Source: Thermoplasmata archaeon | GTDB lineage: Archaea; Thermoplasmatota; Thermoplasmata; RBG-16-68-12 | Direction of reading: 5' to 3' | Assembly: GCA_036555455.1 (NCBI GenBank) | Contig: DATBLI010000095.1 | Location: 84,687 to 148,686, forward strand | DNA length: 64,000 nt | In this document: piece by piece, positions 41,888 through 50,911 of the stretch | How positions within the stretch are numbered: the first letter of the stretch is position 1 | Layout: each line of letters starts with the position of its first letter | Notes under the pieces: generated by a model | The model's input: only the letters and a program-made list of their open reading frames with translations | Told to the model about the DNA's origin: nothing | Database searches by the model: none | Translations under genes and position numbers: made by a program

Positions 41888-44185
41888 ATGGTCCTCTGGC
41901 TCTGGAACGAGGAGGGCGCGCATCGGATTGAGGACCCGCGGTTCGTGCCGACGTTCTTCCTCCACGCGCCGCCGAACGAGCTGTCCGCGATCCGGCGGCG
42001 CATCGAGATCCTCGACGGCGTACGGGAGGTCCGCGAGGCAACCCATCGTATCGCCCTCGAGGACGACGAGCCGAAGCCCGTCCTGGAGATCGTGCCCCGC
42101 CACTACCGCGACGTGCAGCGCGTGGCCCTCATCCTCGATTCAAACGGCGGCTATGTCGACCATCGCCTCTTCAACGTCGACGTGAGGTTCAGCCAGCGGT
42201 ACGCGATGGAGCACGGCATCTTTCCCATGGGCCTTGTGCGCTATGCGAGCGGCACTTGGACCGCGGAGGAGGAGCACTTCGCCCTGGATTATCTGGTGCC
42301 CCCGCTCCGCATGACGGAATTGGATCTTCGGGTCGACACGCCCCTGGGCATCCCGCGGATGCAGGACCGCCTCCTCGGCGCTCGCATCGACGACGTCGAG
42401 CTTGACGGGAGCGAGGAGGACATCCTCCGTGGAATCCGGGAAGTCGTGCGGTCCAAGGACCCCGACGTGCTCCTGACCTTGGATGGCGACGCCTTCGCGA
42501 TGCCCTACCTCGCGCGGAAGGCGGCGGAATGCGGCGTAGACCTGCAGCTCGGGCGGGACCGGGACCGCTTCACGGAGAAGAAGGGAAAATCCTACTTCAC
42601 GTACGGGAAGATCGTCTACAAGCCGGGCCAGTACCTCCTGCGCGGGCGCCTGCATCTGGACCGCGGGCATTTCGCGTACCGGGAGAGCAAACTCGCGGGC
42701 CTCGCGGAACTGTCGCGGCTATCCACGTTGACGCCGCAGGAGCAGGCGCGGCTCACGCCGGGGACAGCCTTCACCGCGATGCAGGTGAACCTGGCGTGCC
42801 AGAACGGTTGCCTCGTCATCTGGAAAAAGAACCGCCCGGAGGAGTTCAAGAACGGCGAGGATCTCCTCCGCGGCGACCGCGGCGGTTTTATCTTCGAGCC
42901 CGAGGTCGGGCTTCACGAGGGACTCTACGAGCTCGACTTCTTCGCCCTCTATCCGAGCATCATGGTGAAGTACAACATCTCCGCGGAGACGCTGGACTGT
43001 CCATGTTGCGTGGTCGATGGGATTGCTGTGCCGGAGCTAAAGTACCACATGTGCACGCGACGTGCCGGGCTCGTCCCGAAGGTCCTGAAACCCATCTTGG
43101 AGCGACGCCGGTATTACAAGAAGATGAAGAAGGAACCCGGACCCCTGCAAGAAGTGTACCGCGAGCGCGACACAATTCTCAAGTGGGTTCTAGTGACCGC
43201 ATTCGGATACCAAGGGTACCGGAACGCGCGATATGGCCGCATCGAGTGTCACGAGGCGATTAACGCCTACGCACGGGATATCCTCGTACGCACGATGGAG
43301 ATCGCAGAGTCCCACGGCCACGAGGTCGTCCATGGCATCGTGGATTCCGTGTGGCTCCGGCCCAAGGTGGACGCAGACCCGATCGAGAAGGTCCGGGAGC
43401 ACATCGCCGGCTCCATCGGCCTGCCCATCGAGCTCGAGGGCCGCTACAAATGGATCGTGTTCCTCCCGTGCAAGACCACGGGCGTGGGCGCCCTGAACCG
43501 CTACTACGGCCTCTACGAACACGAGGAGTTCAAGCTCCGCGGGATCGAGCTGCGGAAGCACGATACCCCGGAATTCATCAATATCTGCCAGGAAGCCATG
43601 CTCGGGGAGCTGAGCTACGCGTCGAACGCGGCGGAGTTCATGGAGCGCATCCCGCGCGCGGTGAACATCCTTCGGTGGACCGCGAAGCGCGTCCTAGACC
43701 GCGCGATTCCCGTGCATCAGTTTCTCCTCACGAAGAGCGTGAGCCGCGCCCTCCCGGAGTATATTGTCCTGACGGCCACGGCCGCAGCCCTCAAACAGAT
43801 GGAGGCGCGCGGCTTTTCCGTGGAGCCGGGCGATTCCATCCGCTACATCCTCCTGGACATGCGAGCTCGGGAGTCGGAGCGAAAGGTTCGCGTGGCCGAG
43901 TTCCTCCAAGGGGACGAAGAGGTCGATGCGTGGGAATACATCCGACTCTTGTGCCGCTCAGGGCAAACCCTCCTCGCGCCCTTCGGCTATGCGGAGGAGA
44001 AGCTCGTGGCGATGTGCCGCGACCTCTCCGACGTCACGACTCCCGCGAAGGCGAAGGAAATCGAAGCCCACGAGAGCGTGATGGGCGCGAGCCATAGCCA
44101 GGCCCGCGGCGGCGTCGGATATGCGCACCGATGGAACATCCAGGACGTCGACGGAGAATCTGCGGAGATTCCCGACGATGCGTGA
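41888..44185 (+). CDS. polB: family-B DNA polymerase with degenerate exonuclease and polymerase motifs (PolB2-like)
   Basis: Motif A 'LDFFALYPSIM', 'KWVLVTAFGYQGY', 'HGIVDS', 'KHDTPEF'. The frame is open from 41804, and the PolB-like N-terminal strand 'WIIDAYADCDKDA' precedes the first ATG. Confidence 0.85.
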   Translation: MVLWLWNEEGAHRIEDPRFVPTFFLHAPPNELSAIRRRIEILDGVREVREATHRIALEDDEPKPVLEIVPRHYRDVQRVALILDSNGGYVDHRLFNVDVRFSQRYAMEHGIFPMGLVRYASGTWTAEEEHFALDYLVPPLRMTELDLRVDTPLGIPRMQDRLLGARIDDVELDGSEEDILRGIREVVRSKDPDVLLTLDGDAFAMPYLARKAAECGVDLQLGRDRDRFTEKKGKSYFTYGKIVYKPGQYLLRGRLHLDRGHFAYRESKLAGLAELSRLSTLTPQEQARLTPGTAFTAMQVNLACQNGCLVIWKKNRPEEFKNGEDLLRGDRGGFIFEPEVGLHEGLYELDFFALYPSIMVKYNISAETLDCPCCVVDGIAVPELKYHMCTRRAGLVPKVLKPILERRRYYKKMKKEPGPLQEVYRERDTILKWVLVTAFGYQGYRNARYGRIECHEAINAYARDILVRTMEIAESHGHEVVHGIVDSVWLRPKVDADPIEKVREHIAGSIGLPIELEGRYKWIVFLPCKTTGVGALNRYYGLYEHEEFKLRGIELRKHDTPEFINICQEAMLGELSYASNAAEFMERIPRAVNILRWTAKRVLDRAIPVHQFLLTKSVSRALPEYIVLTATAAALKQMEARGFSVEPGDSIRYILLDMRARESERKVRVAEFLQGDEEVDAWEYIRLLCRSGQTLLAPFGYAEEKLVAMCRDLSDVTTPAKAKEIEAHESVMGASHSQARGGVGYAHRWNIQDVDGESAEIPDDA

Positions 44186-44208
44186 CCCGTCGAACCCGGG
44201 GCGCCGGC

Positions 44209-44433
44209 TCACGGAATCGGGAATGGTTCTTCCTTCAGGCCGTCCGTCACAGCGACGAGCTTCGTCACGCGCTGCTCCGCGCGGTCCAGCATCTCATGGC
44301 ACCGGCGGTACAGGACGAGCCCTTCCTCGAAGGTGGCCAGGGCTCGGTCCAGCGGCAGATCGCCGCGGGCGAGCTCCTCGACCTTCGCCTCGAGGGCCGC
44401 GAGGGCGTCCTCGAACGACGGGGTTTCGGTCAT
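44209..44433 (-). CDS. xseB: exodeoxyribonuclease VII small subunit
   Basis: 'FEDALAALEAKVEELARGDLPLDRALATFEEGLVLYRRCHEML' is the classic XseB pattern. Confidence 0.88.
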   Translation of the reverse strand: MTETPSFEDALAALEAKVEELARGDLPLDRALATFEEGLVLYRRCHEMLDRAEQRVTKLVAVTDGLKEEPFPIP

Positions 44434-45668
44434 GGGGTTTCCTCCTTCGCATCGACGCGAGCGTGAAGGCGGCCGTCCGAGAGACGGACGCGGAGCGCAT
44501 CGCCAACGGCGACGTCCCGCAGCCGAGTGACGAGGGCACCGTCCTCCCGCTCGGCGATCGCGTACCCGCGGCGGAGGGTCGCGAAGGGGCTCACCGCATC
44601 GAATCGGCCCGCGACGGCGGCCAGAGCGTCCCAGTGCTCCTTCGCGAAATGCCGAATCGCGTCCAGCAACTTGGCACCCTCTCCCTGGAGGCGATCACGG
44701 ACAGAGACAACCTCGCGAAGGAGAACCTGCGGCGACATCCGACGGGCCGCGACAGCCAGCCCGGTCTGCCGATCCCGAAGGACCGCGCAGACGGAGTCCA
44801 ACAGGCGCTCCCCGAGACCACGGACATGCGCCTTGAGGTCTGGCGCGTCCGGAGACACAAGTTCGGCCGCCGCGCTCGGCGTCGCCGCGCGGACGTCGGC
44901 GACGAAGTCGGCGATGGTGACGTCCGTCTCGTGACCGACCGCGCTCACAACAGGAGTAGGACAGGCGGCGATGGCGCGGGCGAACGCCTCATCATTGAAC
45001 GCCGCAAGATCCTCTATGGCTCCGCCACCGCGGGCGATGACGATGACATCGGCGCGACCTTGGACGCGAAGGAGCGCCTCGAGGAGGCTCGCGGGCGCCT
45101 CGGGTCCCTGGACAAGCGCCGGGGACAGGATGACCTCCGCGAGGGGGAACCGCCGTCGGAGGATCGTGACGACGTCATGGAGCACGGCGCCGGCTTCCGA
45201 CGTCACGACGCCGATCCGCTTCGGATAGCGCGGCAGGGGCCGCTTTCGCGCGGCGTCGAAGAGGCCCTCCGCATCGAGCCGCTTCCGCGTGCGCTGGAAG
45301 GAGATCCAGAAGGCGCCCACGCCGGCGGGGGTGGCGGCGCGGATGATGAGCTGCACCTCCCCGCGGCGCGCGTACAGGTCCACGTCCCCGGAGGCGACGA
45401 CCTCCATCCCGGGCTCCAGGTCGAAACCGAGCGCCTCGGCGGGCTCCTTGAACAGGGCGCAGGAGATCTGAGAGGCCTCATCCCGGAGGGTGAAGAACCA
45501 ATGGCCCGCGGGCGTCCGGGAGACGTCGCCGATCTCGCCGCGGACGAGGACGCGGTCGAGGAGGGGGTTCGATCGAAGCGTGTCGCGGAGGAGCCGCGCG
45601 AGCTCGGTGACCGTGAGAGGCCGTGGTCCGCGGACATCGCGCTGAGCCTGGAGGGACAGGGCTCCCAT
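44430..45668 (-). CDS. xseA: exodeoxyribonuclease VII large subunit
   Basis: OB-fold N-terminus 'VLVRGEIGDVSRTPAGHWFFTLRDE', 'IGVVTSEAGAVLHDV', 'VIVIARGGGAIEDL', 'SAVGHETDVTIADFVAD'. 4-nt overlap with xseB. Confidence 0.9.
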   Translation of the reverse strand: MGALSLQAQRDVRGPRPLTVTELARLLRDTLRSNPLLDRVLVRGEIGDVSRTPAGHWFFTLRDEASQISCALFKEPAEALGFDLEPGMEVVASGDVDLYARRGEVQLIIRAATPAGVGAFWISFQRTRKRLDAEGLFDAARKRPLPRYPKRIGVVTSEAGAVLHDVVTILRRRFPLAEVILSPALVQGPEAPASLLEALLRVQGRADVIVIARGGGAIEDLAAFNDEAFARAIAACPTPVVSAVGHETDVTIADFVADVRAATPSAAAELVSPDAPDLKAHVRGLGERLLDSVCAVLRDRQTGLAVAARRMSPQVLLREVVSVRDRLQGEGAKLLDAIRHFAKEHWDALAAVAGRFDAVSPFATLRRGYAIAEREDGALVTRLRDVAVGDALRVRLSDGRLHARVDAKEETP

Positions 45669-45855
45669 GGTCTCCTCGAGAGGAGCGTCCAGGGGTCCCA
45701 GGGTATTTCAATGCAGAAGCGGGGGATCGCTGAAAGTGCTCCCGCTCAATGCTGGAAGAGGACAAGACGGCACGCGGTGCAGTGGAAACCATCGAGGTCC
45801 GCAACCCGCCAGATGTTGGGCGCGCCCCAACGGGCTCCCCGCCGATACCGGGGCC

Positions 45856-46395
45856 CTAGGCGCCCGCGAGAAGATTCTTCGCGGTGACGAGGGCGTGGAG
45901 CCGGACGGAGATCTCCGCAAGGCCGATCTTGCCGCCCTCCTCGCGGTCCACGACGGCGACGACGTCTTCGATGACGGCACCGTGGGACCGCAGCCGCTCG
46001 ATGGCCGCACGAAGCGTGCCTCCCGTGGTGACGACATCCTCGACGAACAGGACGCGATCCCCCTTCGCCAGCTCGCCCTCGTAGTCCTTCTTCGTGCCGT
46101 GCTCCTTCGTCGCCTTGCGCACCATGAGAAACGGCTTGTTGGAGGCGAGGCTGACAGCCGCGGCGATGGGGACCGCGCCGAGTTCCACGCCGGCGATGCG
46201 GTCCGCGTTCGCCGCGTAGGGCGCGATCGCCTCTCCGATCATCCGCAGGAGATCCGGCCGGGTGACCGCCCTCTTGATGTCCACGTAGTACGAGGAGGTC
46301 TTCCCACTCGCGAGGGTGAAGGTGCCCATCTGGAGGGCCCCGCAGGCCTTCAGGGCGCGCAGGAAGTCATCACGGCCGAAGTCACCAGGGCTCAT
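45856..46395 (-). CDS. pyrE: orotate phosphoribosyltransferase
   Basis: 'FTLASGKTSSYYVD' and PRPP motif 'VLFVEDVVTTGGT'. Confidence 0.92.
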   Translation of the reverse strand: MSPGDFGRDDFLRALKACGALQMGTFTLASGKTSSYYVDIKRAVTRPDLLRMIGEAIAPYAANADRIAGVELGAVPIAAAVSLASNKPFLMVRKATKEHGTKKDYEGELAKGDRVLFVEDVVTTGGTLRAAIERLRSHGAVIEDVVAVVDREEGGKIGLAEISVRLHALVTAKNLLAGA

Positions 46396-46966
46396 GCTTC
46401 TTCCCCATGTGGTACCCGAGGATGTTCACGGCCCGATGCAGGGCGGGCGTGATAAGGATGATGGCAAGGAGGCCGAAGAGCGCGTCCCCGGAGAAGAAGC
46501 GAGGGACCGCCCATGCCGGGATCGCGAGACTCAGGATGAGCCCGCCCGCGACGAAATCGTATTGGTCGAGCCCGGGAGCCTTCGCGCCGCGGGGCTTGTG
46601 CATCCGCCGCTTCACGAAAGCCGCGGCGAGATCTCCGAGGAGGGCGCCGAGGGCGAGGACCGCGGACGCGGCGAGGGCGAGGACCGTCCCCTCTGCGATC
46701 CCCGTCGCGGGAAGCCCGAAGGACCACGCGGACATCGGCGCCACAACGCCGAACGGCAGGAACAGGAGGAACCCAAGGAGGGCGCCGGAAAGCGTGCCGC
46801 CGATCAGACCGCGCCAGGTCTTCCCCTCTCCGAAGAGCCGCTCCCCGTCGCGCAGGACCCTGCCGAAGTCGATGGGAGGGCCCCCACCCCAGAGGACCGC
46901 CGCGGGGTTCGCGAGGAATGCGGGAAGGAAGAACCACAGCGCCTGCGGGATCTGTTCGAGGGACAC
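46382..46966 (-). CDS. carS: CDP-archaeol synthase (CDP-2,3-bis-O-geranylgeranyl-sn-glycerol synthase)
   Basis: 'FFLPAFLANPAAVL', 'PIDFG', 'FGEGKTWRGLIGG', 'DLAAAFVKRR' are typical of DUF46/CarS. The protein is multi-TM. Confidence 0.85.
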   Translation of the reverse strand: MSLEQIPQALWFFLPAFLANPAAVLWGGGPPIDFGRVLRDGERLFGEGKTWRGLIGGTLSGALLGFLLFLPFGVVAPMSAWSFGLPATGIAEGTVLALAASAVLALGALLGDLAAAFVKRRMHKPRGAKAPGLDQYDFVAGGLILSLAIPAWAVPRFFSGDALFGLLAIILITPALHRAVNILGYHMGKKHEPW

Positions 46967-47090
46967 TACGGCGCGAACGGGGCTCCGCAGTTTATAGGTA
47001 ACCCTCCGGGGCGAGCCGCGGTGCTATCGATGTTGATAATCTCCGCATCACCGTATTATAGCGCAACCCGGCTCGTTTCCGCGTCGTGGT

Positions 47091-47792
47091 ATGGACCGAG
47101 TGCGCACGTTCATCGAGGGCTTCGACGAAACCCTAGAGGGCGGGATCCCGAAGGGCTCCGTCGTCCTCGTCGCGGGCACCCCCGGCACGATGAAAACGGC
47201 CCTGACCTTTTCGATGCTGTACGAGAACGCGAGGGCGGGGTCGCGGGCCCTGTACATCTCCCTTGAGGAGAGCCAGGAGGAGCTCAAAGCCGCGATGGCA
47301 GAACTGGGCATGGGGGGCCTCGACGACCTCGAGATGTACATCCTCGACATCGGCCGCATCCGACTCGAGCACAAGGAGGAGGAACTGTCGAAGAATTGGC
47401 TCGACGTCCTCCGGAAGTATATCGAGCAGCGGGTCCGCGTGAACCGTTTCGACCTGATCGCCCTCGACAGCCTCGAGGCCCTGTACAGCCTGTGCCATCT
47501 GGACACCCCGCGCCGCGACCTCTTTCACTTCTTCGGCTTCCTCCGCGGCCTCGACGCGACCTCCTTCCTCATCTCGGAGATCCCTTCCGGAACGGACGCC
47601 CGATTCGGCCGCTACGACGAGGAGTTCCTCGTCGACGGGATCCTGCATCTGAAGCATGCACCGATCGGCGAGACGGACGTCCAGCTCCGCATTCGCTGCG
47701 TGAAGATGCGGAGGACGAAGCATGCAAAGACGGACTATGCCCTCGAGCACACGGGCGAGGGGTTTCAGGTCACGCGGCTCATCTCAAAGTGA
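47091..47792 (+). CDS. single-domain KaiC/RecA-like ATPase, copy 1 (P-loop GTPGTMKT)
   Basis: 'FIEGFDETLEGGIPKGSVVLVAGTPGTMKTALTF', 'LYISLEES', 'DLIALDSLEAL', 'LRIRCVKMR'. TATA-like 'GTATTATAG' (47053..47061) lies about 34 nt upstream. Confidence 0.85.
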   Translation: MDRVRTFIEGFDETLEGGIPKGSVVLVAGTPGTMKTALTFSMLYENARAGSRALYISLEESQEELKAAMAELGMGGLDDLEMYILDIGRIRLEHKEEELSKNWLDVLRKYIEQRVRVNRFDLIALDSLEALYSLCHLDTPRRDLFHFFGFLRGLDATSFLISEIPSGTDARFGRYDEEFLVDGILHLKHAPIGETDVQLRIRCVKMRRTKHAKTDYALEHTGEGFQVTRLISK

Positions 47793-48557
47793 GGTCTTCT
47801 GAAGGAGCTTGAGGAGGGCCTCTGCGTATCGGGAGGCGAGGGCCTCGTTGCCGAACGTCCGCGCGGCGGCCGCCTTGTTCTCCTCGATCGCCTCGACGGT
47901 TTTCGTGAGCACGCTCACGACATCCTTCCCCGGAGCCCGGCGGAAGAGGGCGGCGATCGCCGTGACGTCGCCGTTCATCACGACGAGACGGCCCACGGGG
48001 AGGTGCATCACGTACGTGCCCTTCCCTTGCCGCGCGCTCTCCCGGCGGATCGCCTCCGAGACTTCGGATTCGTCCAAGTAGGCGGTCTCCCCAGCCTTCG
48101 CGAGGGGCGAGCGGCCCCTCACGAGGATCATCAAGGCGAGGACGTTGGACTCCCGGTCCCGCGTCGCAAGCTCCGACCAGAACGAAGCCTGGAGGGAGAG
48201 GGACCGCAGCCGACGGCGGAGGGCCCCGATCCCTTCGCGGTCGTGGGTCTTCGTCAGGCTCCTCAGCTCGAGCTCGACCTCCTTTGCCTGCCGAGGTGTA
48301 AGGAGATGCCGGAATGTCTGGAACTCCTGGTCGAGGGCGTCCAGCTCAGAGGTAGGCCGCGGCCGGGGCGGCGGCCCCTCGGGGGGGCTCGGGGCATCCG
48401 TGCGCGGGGACAAGCCAGGGACCTCCTGTTCAACGAGGTCGACGGCATCGGCGAGGTTCATGTCGGGGTGGCGCAGCATCGCCTCCATGACCACGTCGCC
48501 GCGGCCTTCGAGCTCCCATAGGAGCAGCTTCAGGGCTGCCTCGTCTCGTTTTCCCAT
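47784..48557 (-). CDS. uncharacterised protein (P/S-rich linker; C-terminal alpha/beta module)
   Basis: No family recognised. 'SNVLALMILVRGRSPLAKAG...GTYVMHLPVGRLVVMNGDVTAIAALF' is vaguely Roadblock/longin-like, which is speculative. Tail-to-tail with KaiC-like 1 (9-nt overlap) and head-to-head with KaiC-like 2. Confidence 0.55.
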   Translation of the reverse strand: MGKRDEAALKLLLWELEGRGDVVMEAMLRHPDMNLADAVDLVEQEVPGLSPRTDAPSPPEGPPPRPRPTSELDALDQEFQTFRHLLTPRQAKEVELELRSLTKTHDREGIGALRRRLRSLSLQASFWSELATRDRESNVLALMILVRGRSPLAKAGETAYLDESEVSEAIRRESARQGKGTYVMHLPVGRLVVMNGDVTAIAALFRRAPGKDVVSVLTKTVEAIEENKAAAARTFGNEALASRYAEALLKLLQKTSL

Positions 48558-48692
48558 CCCATCCCGCGGGCGGGAACGACCTCGGGCTACAAAAGCATAT
48601 CCTCTTCATGGGACGCGTCCGACGCGATGCGTATCCCGGGCGATAACGGAGACATCATTCCTTTATAACGTGGGGCTTGTCCTCGCTCCAAC

Positions 48693-49412
48693 ATGGAGAT
48701 TGAGGACTCCCTTTTCCATACCCATGTGGAGGGCCTCGATCGCGCCCTCGGCGGCGGGATTCCAAGGGGCAGCACGGTCCTCGTCGCGGGCACACCCGGC
48801 ACGATGAAGACGTCCCTCATCCTCTGGATGATGCACGAGAGCGCGAAGGCGTCCGGCACGAAGAGCCTCTATGTGAGCCTCGAGCAGGGCGTGGATTCCC
48901 TGAAGGCGGGTGCGGGACGGATGGGGATGAGGGAGCTCCACGAGAGCCACGTCTACATCCTGGACATGGGCCAGCTGCGACGTGGCATGGAGCGGTCCGA
49001 GTCGACGAAGGACTGGATCACGATCCTCTTGGAGATCGTCAAGGAAGCCGTGAACTCGAGCGGGTACGAAGTCCTAGCCCTCGACAGCCTCGAGGCGCTG
49101 TACGCGCTCATGGAGATGAAGGCCCCGCGGCGGGAGATGTTCCACTTCCTCTCCGGATTGCGGGACCTCGGCCTCACGACGTTCCTCATCGCGGAGACGC
49201 CCTTCGGATCCAACCGGCTCGCCCAGTGGGGGGAGGACTTCCTCGCGGACGGGATCCTGAACCTGCGCCAGGTCGAGGTTGGAGAGACGGAGGTCCAGCT
49301 GCGCCTCCGGTGCGTGAAGATGCGATGGATGAACTGCGACCACAATGCCCTCGCGCTCAACCACGACGGCGAGAAGTTCTTCGTGACGCACATCATCTCG
49401 AAGAAGAAGTGA
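48693..49412 (+). CDS. single-domain KaiC/RecA-like ATPase, copy 2 (P-loop GTPGTMKT)
   Basis: 'HVEGLDRALGGGIPRGSTVLVAGTPGTMKTSLIL', 'LYVSLEQG', 'EVLALDSLEAL', 'LRLRCVKMR'. TATA-like 'CTTTATAAC' (48661..48669) lies about 28 nt upstream. Confidence 0.85.
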   Translation: MEIEDSLFHTHVEGLDRALGGGIPRGSTVLVAGTPGTMKTSLILWMMHESAKASGTKSLYVSLEQGVDSLKAGAGRMGMRELHESHVYILDMGQLRRGMERSESTKDWITILLEIVKEAVNSSGYEVLALDSLEALYALMEMKAPRREMFHFLSGLRDLGLTTFLIAETPFGSNRLAQWGEDFLADGILNLRQVEVGETEVQLRLRCVKMRWMNCDHNALALNHDGEKFFVTHIISKKK

Positions 49413-49430
49413 GACGCCGGGCAGCGTCGG

Positions 49431-50525
49431 TCAGGGATTCGCTGGCGGCGTCGGCGGGGATGGAGGGGTGGGCGGCGGCGTCCCCGGAGTCGGAGGCGCC
49501 CACGCAGGCGCGGGGGCCGGGGCCGCCGGAATCTCACGTCGGTTCACGCGGGACCACGCCAGATACGCGGCCCCTGCGAAGAGCAACGAGGGGATGACGT
49601 TCAACAGAGTCAGATTCGTGCCCGCGCCAGAAAAGGCCGCGGCAATCCGTGTCGGATCGGCGCTGCCTTGCGTGATGATCTCCCGCGCCAGCTCATCCGC
49701 CAAGACCGTCACCGCGGGCAGGAGAAGGATGAGGGTCACGACACCCAGAGCAACCGTGGCGCCGTAGGCCGCCCACAGGAGAATCCGGCCCTCCACCTTC
49801 TGCAGGGCGTACGTGAAGAAGACTCCCGCGAGCCCCGAGACGAGGGAGCCGGCGGCGGCGACAATCACGGCGTTCGTGAAGCCGCCGCGCAGTGCCGCGG
49901 CGATCTCCGCTTCGGTGCCTGACAAGATGACCGGGCTGAACGCAGCGAGGATGGCGATGAAGGCGCCCACGATGGCAACGAGGATCCCGAGGACGAAGAG
50001 GACGATGGAGAGGATCACATTCCTCGCATGCGACCGGCCGAAGGCCTTCCGGCCGAGGATGATGAGGATCGCGCCGATGAAGATGAGGAGGCTACCGATG
50101 AACCCCACGACGGGAGCCCAGGAGAGCAGGGAGCCGACGAGGAGCAGCAGGAGTCCCGTCTTCGTGCGGTCGACCTGCTTTGACCATTCGAGCTGCCATG
50201 TTGGCGGGCCGTATGCGTAGGCGTAGGGTGCCGCATATCCAGGCGTCGAAGGATACGCCGCGCCCGGAGCGGGCGACGGACCTGCGGGAGGGGTCACAGC
50301 CGACGTCGGCAGGAGCTTGCCGCAATTCGTGCAGAATGCCCATCCGGGCTGGTTCTGGAAACCGCAATTCGGACACGCCGCGGGCGTCGCCAAGGCCTCA
50401 CCCGACCGTGCCGATAGTCCGACCCCTCGAAAACACTTTCGGCCATCGCACCCGAAGGGTTTTGGGAACACCAGGCTCTGGGTGCGACGTGGGCGTCCCC
50501 GGATCCGTCGACCGTTGGATCGCAT
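49431..50525 (-). CDS. zinc-ribbon membrane protein with proline-rich C-terminal tail
   Basis: 'CPNCGFQNQPGWAFCTNCG', then about 6 TM segments, then 'PAPAPAWAPPTPGTPPPTPPSPPTPPANP'. The start is uncertain. ATG 50525 overlaps the divergent UPF0216 gene. The in-frame TTG at 50393 avoids the overlap. Confidence 0.65.
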   Translation of the reverse strand: MRSNGRRIRGRPRRTQSLVFPKPFGCDGRKCFRGVGLSARSGEALATPAACPNCGFQNQPGWAFCTNCGKLLPTSAVTPPAGPSPAPGAAYPSTPGYAAPYAYAYGPPTWQLEWSKQVDRTKTGLLLLLVGSLLSWAPVVGFIGSLLIFIGAILIILGRKAFGRSHARNVILSIVLFVLGILVAIVGAFIAILAAFSPVILSGTEAEIAAALRGGFTNAVIVAAAGSLVSGLAGVFFTYALQKVEGRILLWAAYGATVALGVVTLILLLPAVTVLADELAREIITQGSADPTRIAAAFSGAGTNLTLLNVIPSLLFAGAAYLAWSRVNRREIPAAPAPAPAWAPPTPGTPPPTPPSPPTPPANP

Positions 50526-50902
50526 TCGAACTCGGTCGGATCAATGCGGGCCTCGTGACCGAGAAGAAGAGCCTGACCCGGCTCCGCTCCGAGGCGAGGC
50601 CCGCCTGCCGCACCCGGGAGGGCGAGGAGCACACGTTGGATCGCGAGGCCCTCGATCGGTACGCCGCCGTCCTGTCGGTCGATGAGGCAGCGGCCTTGCG
50701 CCTGCCGCTCACCTTGATCGTGTCCGCGGACTACGAGGACAGCGCGTACCTCACCGACGAAATCGGGGCCAAGGCCCTGCATGCCTTGGAGAAGTTCGGC
50801 GCCGCATTTCCATACCGGGATGGACGGATGGTCCTCCCTCACTCCCTGGCGGTGGACATTGTGCGACACAGCGGCGGCACTGTCCAGCTCGCCTTCGGAT
50901 GA
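50489..50902 (+). CDS. UPF0216 (DUF61)-like archaeal protein
   Basis: 'WIAFELGRINAGLVTEKKSLTRL...REGEEHTLDREALDRYAAVL...LRLPLTLIV' matches my recollection of the UPF0216 family. GTG start candidate at 50489. The upstream part of ORF 50180..50902 is shadow sequence. Confidence 0.5.
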   Translation: MGVPGSVDRWIAFELGRINAGLVTEKKSLTRLRSEARPACRTREGEEHTLDREALDRYAAVLSVDEAAALRLPLTLIVSADYEDSAYLTDEIGAKALHALEKFGAAFPYRDGRMVLPHSLAVDIVRHSGGTVQLAFG

Positions 50903-50911
50903 CCGAGACGC

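Noticed and set aside
45669-45855. Possible tRNA or other small RNA in the 187-nt gap between xseA and pyrE. Other 100-190-nt gaps were also checked: 12540..12695, 18596..18814, 46967..47090, 48558..48692, 51344..51448, 52781..52959, 58656..58915.
   Set aside because: I could not find T-loop (GGTTCGAATCC-like) or acceptor/anticodon stem patterns on either strand. These gaps look like promoter regions. A tRNAscan or Infernal run would be decisive.
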